Shown in pieces: positions 57,632-64,000 of a DNA stretch of 64,000 nucleotides. The notes beneath the pieces were generated by a model. That model was given only the letters and a program-made list of their open reading frames with translations. It ran no database searches and was not told the DNA's origin. The position numbers and the translations under genes were made by a program. The first letter of the stretch is position 1. Each line of letters starts with the position of its first letter. This stretch comes from an uncultured Eubacteriales bacterium (GTDB taxonomy: Bacteria; Bacillota; Clostridia; Christensenellales; Aristaeellaceae): positions 863 to 64,862 of the forward strand of contig UQNM01000001.1 of NCBI GenBank assembly GCA_900542395.1, read 5' to 3'.

Positions 57632-60600
57632 GTGGCTGAAGGTATGGAGATCATCCGGCGCATCACGCCGGAGGAGGAATACAACGCGGGGCTTGTGATT
57701 TTCCGTCAGGGAGGCGTGCATCCCCTCGAGGATGAAAACGGTTTTCTGCGCTACGCGGTCGATGGCGACCCGAGGCGCATCGTGCGCGTGGGCGCGACGA
57801 CCAAGCTGAGCGGGCGCTGCTCGTGCGATTTTTTCGGCAACGTGCATAAGCCGTGCCGCCATCTGGCCGCGGCGATGATGCAGGCCATTTCCACCGGCGC
57901 GATCGAGGAAATGCGCCGCCGCCGCGCGCGGGAGAACGCGGGCGCGCTGATGGGCACGCTGCAAAGCGCCCTGCCGATGGAAACGCCGCTGGAAATGGAG
58001 ATCACGCTGCGGCTGCTGGGCGAAAGGGAGCCGGTGCGCGTCTCCCTGCGCGTCGGGCAGGAGCGGATGTACGTCGTCAAATCCATGGCGCAGTTCCTGC
58101 GCGGTTTGCAGGAAAAGACGGCCATCGCCTTCGGCAAGGGCTTCGTGCTCGAGCCGGAGTGGATGGGCTTCACCGGCGTGGACGCGAAGATCATCAAGCT
58201 CCTGCAGGACGCGGCCTACGTCTGCCAGCTGGAAGGCAAGCTCGTGCAGACCGGATTGGACGCGAAATACCTGACCGTGGCGGATCGCTTCGTGCCCCGG
58301 CTGATGCAGCTCCTGATGGCGCGCCCGTTCAAAATCTCCTTCGGCGAGGAGGTCGTCAGCGTGCCGAGCGTGTTCGACGGGCAGGTTGAGCTGCTCTTCG
58401 GCGTGTTCGCCAGCGGACGCGAGCTGGAGGTGCGCGCGCAGATGCCCAAGAGCCTGCGCATGCTGGACAGCGAATGTACCTACGTCTATTGCGAGGGCGA
58501 CGTGCTCCGCCTGCCGGAGGCGCAGCGGGGCATTGTCCGCGTGCTGCTCTCCGCGCAGGCCGGGCCGGGCGCGCCCGCCGCGTTCCGCTTTGACGCGCAG
58601 CAGAGCACCCGCGTGATCTCCGACCTGCTGCCCGCGCTGGAGCGCGCCGGAACGGTGACGCTCGACGGCGCGCTGGCCGAGCGCATCATCCGCCGCGAGC
58701 TGAAGGTGCGCGCGTATTTCGACCGGGAGAACAATCTGGTGCTCTGCCGCGTCGCGTTCCTCTACGGCGACACGGAGATCGACCCCTTTGCGCCGCAGGC
58801 CGCGCCGGTGGAGGGCGACGAGCGCATCATGCTGCTGCGCGACGCGGCGGCCGAGCGCCGCGCGCTCGATCTGCTGGCGGCCTTCGGCTTCCGTATGCAG
58901 AAGGGGCGCGTCATCCTCGGCGGGCAGGAGCCGATTTACCGTTTCCTGACCGAGGGCATCTATCGGATGCAGGAAAACGCGGAGGTCTACTGCTCCGACG
59001 AGTTCCGGAAGATGACCCCGCGCAAGCCGCACTTCGTCGGCACCCTGCGCATGCAGGACGGCGCGCTGCGGCTGGAGATGACCGAAAACGGCGAGCCCGC
59101 GCCGGAGGTCGTCGATATTCTGCGCGCGCTGCGCGACCGCAAGAAGTATTTCCGCCTCAAGGACGGCTCGTTCCTCGACCTTTCGGAGATGGACGAGTGG
59201 CGCGAGATGGCGGAAGCCGCCGTCGGCAGCGAGACGGGCGAGCCGGAGGACGAGGAAAGGAACGCGCGCGGCGTGATGGAAATCGCCACCTACCGCGCGG
59301 CGTACATGACCAGCCTGCTGGAGAGCGGCGGCATTCCCGTCAAGGTTGAGGACAGCGTGAAGAACATGGTCGGCAGCCTGCAGGACGACGGCGAGCCCTG
59401 CCCCGCGCCGCTGGATCAGCTCCTGCGCCCGTATCAGATGCGCGGCTTCATGTGGATGCAGGCGCTCGACCGGCTGCACATGGGCGGTATTCTGGCCGAC
59501 GATATGGGTCTGGGCAAGACGCTGCAGGTCATCACGCTGCTGCTGTGGGCAAAGCGCCGCGGCGACCAGAACGCGGCCTCCATCGTCGTTGCGCCGACGT
59601 CGCTGGTGTACAACTGGATGGCGGAAATCGCGAAATTCGCGCCCGAACTGCGGTGCGCGGCGGGCGAGGGCACGCAGGCTCAGCGCGCGCAGACGATTGC
59701 GCGGCTCAGCGGCGAAAACCGCGATGTGGACGTCTATCTGACGAGCTATCCGCTGATCCGCCGCGACATCGGCCTGCTCTCCAAGGTGCCGTTCCGCTTC
59801 GCGATTCTCGACGAGGCGCAGTATATCAAAAACGCGATGAGCGTCGGCGCGGGCGCGGTCAAGCAGCTCAAGGCGCAGACGCGGCTGGCGCTGACCGGCA
59901 CGCCGATGGAGAACCATCCGGGCGAGCTGTGGTCGATCTTCGATTTCGTGCTGCCGGGCTACCTCAATTCGTTCGCGCAGTTCATGCATCGCTTCGGCAC
60001 GGGCGAGGAGGCCGACGTGCTGCGCAGCCGCATCCGGCCGTTCCTGCTGCGCCGCCTGAAGGGCGACGTGCTGCGCGAGCTGCCGGAGAAGGTGGAGATT
60101 ACGCTCACGGCGGACATGACCGAGGAGCAGCGCCGCGTCTATCAGGCCAGCCTGCTGCGCCTGCGCCCGCAGGTCGAGGGCATGTTCAGCAGCAACAACC
60201 GGATCGAGATGCTGGCCGCCATCACCGAGCTGCGCCAGATCTGCGGCCATCCGTCGCTGGTTCTGCCCAGCTACGCGGCCTCGAGCGGCAAGCTCGACCT
60301 GCTGCTGGACGTGCTGCCCGGCTCGCTGGAGGCGGGGCACCGCGCGCTCATCTTCTCCCAGTTCACGCGCATGCTCAAAATTTTGCAGCGCAGGCTGGAG
60401 GCCGTCGGCATCTCCTGCATGTATCTGGACGGCGAAACGCCGCCCAAGCGCCGCATCGAAATGGTGCAGCAATTCAACGCGGGCGAGGGTCAGGTGTTCC
60501 TGATTTCGCTCAAGGCGGGCGGCTCCGGCCTCAACCTCGTCGGCGCGGACACGGTGATCCACTTCGACCCGTGGTGGAACCCGGCGGCGGAGGATCAGGC

Positions 60601-60793
60601 GACCGACCGCGCGCACCGCATCGGCCAGAAGCACAAGGTCACGGTCATCCGCATGATTACGCGCGGCAGCATCGAGGAGCAGGTCGTCAAGCTCGGCGCG
60701 AGAAAGCGGGAGATGTTCGACCAGATGATTACCGCGGGCGAGGCCATGCCGACCCAGCTCACGCCGGAGGACATCCGCGCGCTGTTTGATTGA
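57632..60793 (+). CDS. SNF2-family helicase with N-terminal SWIM zinc finger (YwqA/RapA-like)
   Basis: SWIM CxC...CxH; SNF2 motifs DDMGLGKT, DEAQYIKN, LTGTPMEN, QATDRAHRIGQ. Confidence 0.85.
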   Translation: MAEGMEIIRRITPEEEYNAGLVIFRQGGVHPLEDENGFLRYAVDGDPRRIVRVGATTKLSGRCSCDFFGNVHKPCRHLAAAMMQAISTGAIEEMRRRRARENAGALMGTLQSALPMETPLEMEITLRLLGEREPVRVSLRVGQERMYVVKSMAQFLRGLQEKTAIAFGKGFVLEPEWMGFTGVDAKIIKLLQDAAYVCQLEGKLVQTGLDAKYLTVADRFVPRLMQLLMARPFKISFGEEVVSVPSVFDGQVELLFGVFASGRELEVRAQMPKSLRMLDSECTYVYCEGDVLRLPEAQRGIVRVLLSAQAGPGAPAAFRFDAQQSTRVISDLLPALERAGTVTLDGALAERIIRRELKVRAYFDRENNLVLCRVAFLYGDTEIDPFAPQAAPVEGDERIMLLRDAAAERRALDLLAAFGFRMQKGRVILGGQEPIYRFLTEGIYRMQENAEVYCSDEFRKMTPRKPHFVGTLRMQDGALRLEMTENGEPAPEVVDILRALRDRKKYFRLKDGSFLDLSEMDEWREMAEAAVGSETGEPEDEERNARGVMEIATYRAAYMTSLLESGGIPVKVEDSVKNMVGSLQDDGEPCPAPLDQLLRPYQMRGFMWMQALDRLHMGGILADDMGLGKTLQVITLLLWAKRRGDQNAASIVVAPTSLVYNWMAEIAKFAPELRCAAGEGTQAQRAQTIARLSGENRDVDVYLTSYPLIRRDIGLLSKVPFRFAILDEAQYIKNAMSVGAGAVKQLKAQTRLALTGTPMENHPGELWSIFDFVLPGYLNSFAQFMHRFGTGEEADVLRSRIRPFLLRRLKGDVLRELPEKVEITLTADMTEEQRRVYQASLLRLRPQVEGMFSSNNRIEMLAAITELRQICGHPSLVLPSYAASSGKLDLLLDVLPGSLEAGHRALIFSQFTRMLKILQRRLEAVGISCMYLDGETPPKRRIEMVQQFNAGEGQVFLISLKAGGSGLNLVGADTVIHFDPWWNPAAEDQATDRAHRIGQKHKVTVIRMITRGSIEEQVVKLGARKREMFDQMITAGEAMPTQLTPEDIRALFD

Positions 60794-60825
60794 CGGAAGC
60801 GACACAAAGAGGGTATAATACAGCC

Positions 60826-61464
60826 ATGAAGCACATCATTTGGGATTTTAACGGCACGCTGCTCAACGACGCGCAGCTCTCCGTCGATCTGGACAACGAC
60901 GTCTTTGACCAGATCGGTGTGCCGCGCATCACGCTGGCAGATTACCGAAACAACATGACCATGCCCGTGCGGGATTTTTATCCGCGCGTCGGCGTGGATT
61001 ACGCCAAGCACAGCTACGAGGAAATCGCGCGGCTCTGGCTGGATGAATTCAACAAGAGGGCGGTCGGCGTGGGGCTGATTCCCGGCGTGCTGGAGGCGAT
61101 TAAGGCGCTGCACGCGCAGGGGCGGAGCCAGTCGGTGCTCTCCGCGTCGTATGAGCCGTCCGTCCGCGCGCAGTGCGCCGCGCTGGGGCTGACCCCGTAT
61201 ATGAAGGATATCAGCGGCCTGCAGGACGAGAGCGCCGGCAAAAAGACGGAAATCGGCCGACGGCAGCTCCGGGAGCTGGGGCTGACCGGCGCGGACGTGG
61301 TGCTCGTGGGCGATATGCTGACGGACGCGCATCTGGCCGAGGCGCTGGGCGCGGACTGCGTGCTGGTTTCCTGGGGGCACAACGATTTGAAGCGGCTTGA
61401 ATCCGCCGGTCTGCCGGTGGCGCACAGCGTGGAGGCGCTGGAAAACATTCTGGCGAAATCCTAA
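60826..61464 (+). CDS. HAD-superfamily hydrolase
   Basis: DFNGTL motif I, S/T motif II, K...GD motif III/IV. Confidence 0.7.
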   Translation: MKHIIWDFNGTLLNDAQLSVDLDNDVFDQIGVPRITLADYRNNMTMPVRDFYPRVGVDYAKHSYEEIARLWLDEFNKRAVGVGLIPGVLEAIKALHAQGRSQSVLSASYEPSVRAQCAALGLTPYMKDISGLQDESAGKKTEIGRRQLRELGLTGADVVLVGDMLTDAHLAEALGADCVLVSWGHNDLKRLESAGLPVAHSVEALENILAKS

Positions 61465-61469
61465 AATTT

Positions 61470-61575
61470 ACGCCTTCCGTCGCTGCGGCGACGCCTCCCT
61501 CAAGGAGGGAGGCATTGAGATAAAGGCTCCCTCTTTGAGGGGGCTGTCGAGCGGAGCGAGACTGAAGGAGGAAGG
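61470..61575. repeat. Family C mosaic repeat, copy 5 (short), just upstream of radC
   Basis: ccttccgtcgctgcggcgacgcctccctcaaggagggaggc and ggctccctctttgaggggg. Confidence 0.6.
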
Positions 61576-61583
61576 AGAAGCAC

Positions 61584-62396
61584 ATGAGCGAAAAGGCTGT
61601 CCACGCGGGACATCGCGCGCGGATGAGGGAGCGGTTCATCAAGGAGGGGCTTTCCGGCTTTTCCGAGCATGAGGTGCTCGAGCTTTTGCTCATGTTCGCC
61701 ATCCCGCAGCGGGACGTGAACCCGCTGGCGCATCGGCTGATCGACCGTTTCGGCTCGCTGAGCGCCGTTTTGGAATCCTCTCCGGCGGAGCTGACGCGGG
61801 TGGACGGCGTGGGCGAAAACGCCGCCGCGCTGCTGAGCCTGATGCCCCAGCTGATGGGCTATTATCAGCACAGCGCGATGGGCAGAAAGCCCGTCATCAC
61901 CAACCTGGCCGAGGCGAGAAAATACGCGGGCGCGCTGTTCTTCGGCCTGCATGAGGAGCGCGTCTACATGATCTGCGTGGATCAGAGCGGGCGCGTGCTC
62001 CACCCGGCGCTGATGCATCGGGGCACCATCGATCAGGTGCAGATTTACCCGCGGGAGGTCGTCGAAACCGCGCTGCGGTATCACGCGCATGCCGTTCTGC
62101 TGGCACACAATCACCCCAGCGGCATGGCCGAGCCCTCGCAGGACGACTATGATTCCACCCGCGCGGTGATCGGCGCGCTGAACGTGATCGGCGTCCGCGT
62201 GATCGACCACCTGATTTTTGCCGGGAACAGCGTCTATTCCATGACGCAGAACAGCCAGTTTGACGGGCGGCAGGATGAGCGGGAAATCAGCTATATCATG
62301 CGCAGCCGCAGTGTGCCCGGTCGGCGGGGGACGCTGCGCGAGGAGCAGGAGGACGAGCTGATTGCGCTTAAAATGGACGAATGGAACGGAATTTGA
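61584..62396 (+). CDS. radC: RadC-family JAB/MPN domain protein
   Basis: HNHPSG JAMM motif; N-terminal HhH domain. Confidence 0.8.
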   Translation: MSEKAVHAGHRARMRERFIKEGLSGFSEHEVLELLLMFAIPQRDVNPLAHRLIDRFGSLSAVLESSPAELTRVDGVGENAAALLSLMPQLMGYYQHSAMGRKPVITNLAEARKYAGALFFGLHEERVYMICVDQSGRVLHPALMHRGTIDQVQIYPREVVETALRYHAHAVLLAHNHPSGMAEPSQDDYDSTRAVIGALNVIGVRVIDHLIFAGNSVYSMTQNSQFDGRQDEREISYIMRSRSVPGRRGTLREEQEDELIALKMDEWNGI

Positions 62397-62420
62397 CGCG
62401 GAGGAAAAGAGGCGAAAGCG

Positions 62421-63011
62421 ATGAACGTTTTGAGGAGGCTGCTGATGGTGCTTGCGGCGCTTGTTTTGTTCGGCGCGGTCTGCGCGGCCGGGCTGGTCGG
62501 CTTTGTCTATTACAAGGAGACGCATCTGCCCCCGGTCGGCGAATTTGACACCATCATCGTGCTCGGCGCACAGGTCAAGGCGGACGGCACGCCCTCCGTC
62601 GCGCTGGAAAGGCGGCTGACGGCGGCGCTGGAGGAATACCGGAAGCAGCCGCGGCTGATGATCGTCTGCGGCGCGCAGGGCAGCGACGAGCCGCGTGCGG
62701 AGGGCGACGTGATGCGCGACTGGCTGATCGCGCACGGCGTTGCGGCGGCGGACATCGAGGCGGAGACCGATTCGTTCAACACGCGGCAGAACCTCGGCTA
62801 CGCGCAATCCATCATGGACGACCGCAGGCTGACGGCGGCGCTGATCGTCACCAGTGATTACCACGTGCCGCGCGCGCTGGCGCTGTGCGAGCAGGTCGGC
62901 ATCGTCGCCAGCGGCAAGGGCAGCCCCTCCAAGCCGGAATATTTCATCAAAAACCATCTGCGCGAGGGGCTGAGCTGGATTAAATTTGTATGGGAGAGTC
63001 GGCATGAATAA
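62421..63011 (+). CDS. YdcF/DUF218 (SanA-like) family protein
   Basis: N-terminal TM segment plus DUF218 core. Confidence 0.65.
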   Translation: MNVLRRLLMVLAALVLFGAVCAAGLVGFVYYKETHLPPVGEFDTIIVLGAQVKADGTPSVALERRLTAALEEYRKQPRLMIVCGAQGSDEPRAEGDVMRDWLIAHGVAAADIEAETDSFNTRQNLGYAQSIMDDRRLTAALIVTSDYHVPRALALCEQVGIVASGKGSPSKPEYFIKNHLREGLSWIKFVWESRHE

Positions 63012-63723
63012 GGAGAGACTGAAGACCGGGCTGGAGATGATGGGCGTTGCGGCGGACGAAACCGCGCTGGATCGCTTTGAAGCCTTTCACGCCATTCTGG
63101 ATGAATACAATGCGCGCATGGATTTGACCGCCGTGCTGGACGAAGACGAGCGCGTGGATCGCCACGATCTGGACAGCGCCGCGCCGCTGGCGCACGGGCT
63201 GCTGGCGCAGGGTGCGAAGGTCATCGACGTCGGCACGGGTGCGGGCTTTCCCGGCATGCCGCTGCTGATTCTGCGCCCCGATCTGCAAATCACGTTTCTG
63301 GACGCGCTGAACAAGCGCATCCTGTTTCTGGAGGACGCATTGAAGCGCCTCGGCCTGACGGCGGCGACGCTGCACGCGCGCGCGGAGGACGCGGCCAAAA
63401 TGGCGGCGCACCGCGAGCAATACGACGCGGCGGTTTCCCGCGCGGTCGCAAACGCGGCGACGCTGGAGGAGCTGACGCTCCCGTTTGTCAAAAAGGGCGG
63501 CGTGGCGATTGCGTGGAAGGGCCCCGGCGTGGCCGACGAGCTGACGGCGGCGCGGCGCGCGGCGTTCCTGCTGGGCGGCACGGTGCGCGGCACGGTGGAT
63601 GCGCCGATCCCCCGCCGGGCGGACTGGGCGCACGTGCTGCTGCTGACGGATAAGACCGGCACGACCCCGAAGGCGTACCCGCGCAAGGCCGGAACGCCGG
63701 GGAAAAAGCCGCTCGGGATGTAA
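63004..63723 (+). CDS. rsmG: 16S rRNA (guanine527-N7)-methyltransferase
   Basis: GidB-like SAM methyltransferase motif VIDVGTGAGFPG. Confidence 0.85.
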   Translation: MNKERLKTGLEMMGVAADETALDRFEAFHAILDEYNARMDLTAVLDEDERVDRHDLDSAAPLAHGLLAQGAKVIDVGTGAGFPGMPLLILRPDLQITFLDALNKRILFLEDALKRLGLTAATLHARAEDAAKMAAHREQYDAAVSRAVANAATLEELTLPFVKKGGVAIAWKGPGVADELTAARRAAFLLGGTVRGTVDAPIPRRADWAHVLLLTDKTGTTPKAYPRKAGTPGKKPLGM

Positions 63724-63741
63724 AATGGGAAAGAAAAAAAT

Positions 63742-63779
63742 GCCCATGAACCGGGAAGCCGGGTTCATGGGTATTTTTG
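63742..63779 (+). terminator. rho-independent terminator after rsmG
   Basis: gcccatgaaccgggaagccgggttcatgggt followed by UUUUU. Confidence 0.8.
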
Positions 63780-63784
63780 AGTGC

Positions 63785-64000
63785 GCCCGGCGGCGCACGT
63801 TTCTAAAGGGTGAAAGACCCGAATCCGCCCGGTAGCGGGAAGGAGATAGCCGAAGGCAAGGGTGTCCGTCGTGAGGCGGAATCTGAAGGAAGCCGGATGT
63901 GGGAACAGACTAACCACGGGCAAACCTCTGGCCTGACGAACAGAAACCGCATAGAAGGCTATATGCGAGGGTAAGGCTGCTCAACAAGTCGAAGCCCAAT
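63785..64000 (+). ncRNA. possible 5' part of a structured RNA or riboswitch-like leader (unidentified; truncated by the window end)
   Basis: No credible ORF; GC-rich hairpin (gugcgcc-cggc-ggcgcac) followed by conserved-looking purine-rich motifs (GGGUGAAAG, GCCGAAGG, GGGUAAGGCUGC); class not assignable by eye. Confidence 0.25.

Noticed and set aside
57632-60793. SNF2 helicase as core of a DISARM/BREX/Zorya-like defence system
   Set aside because: No adjacent methyltransferase, PLD/DUF1998, PglZ or other known partner. The SWIM plus SNF2 architecture matches the widespread housekeeping YwqA/RapA-like proteins.
63785-64000. Identification of the terminal non-coding stretch as RNase P RNA, tmRNA, SRP RNA, rRNA leader/boxA, group II intron 5' end (GUGCG) or specific riboswitch classes
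   Set aside because: Only partial motif resemblances (GGGUGAAAG, GGGUAAGGCUGC, GUGCGCC) in the wrong order or context, and the hallmark motifs (GGAAAGUCCGG, GCCACUG, T-box etc.) are absent. Kept only as a low-confidence unidentified RNA.

Overview
This is a high-GC (~65%) Firmicutes/Clostridia-type chromosomal window spanning the replication-origin neighbourhood. It carries dnaA (42901-44226, -), dnaN (17303-18406, -) and recF (16199-17296, -). Unusually, dnaA is separated from dnaN-recF by ~24.5 kb of metabolic and cell-wall genes. TTATCCACA-type DnaA-box clusters sit upstream of dnaA, upstream of dnaN and downstream of recF. The remaining content is mostly housekeeping: a kduI-kduD pair, a gerA-type germination operon, an M20 amidohydrolase, ogt, cca, a cvpA cluster, GntR-trmO, a MarR-regulated heterodimeric ABC exporter pair, an FHA-SEDS(FtsW/RodA)-PBP2 module, a T-box-controlled leuCDB operon, potABCD, a polar amino-acid ABC operon, a GH13 amylase, an aldose epimerase, asnA, a 2-hydroxyacyl-CoA-dehydratase-like pair with a fused activase, a split ThrE exporter, a SWIM-SNF2 helicase, HAD, radC, a DUF218 protein and rsmG. 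The window is unusually rich in short intergenic repeats. At least three families of MITE/REP-like elements are present in multiple copies, and some sit inside operons or in 5' UTRs. There is also one ~1.1 kb low-GC islet. No CRISPR array, transposase, integrase or rRNA/tRNA gene was seen. The last ~215 bp may be the start of a structured RNA that I could not identify.
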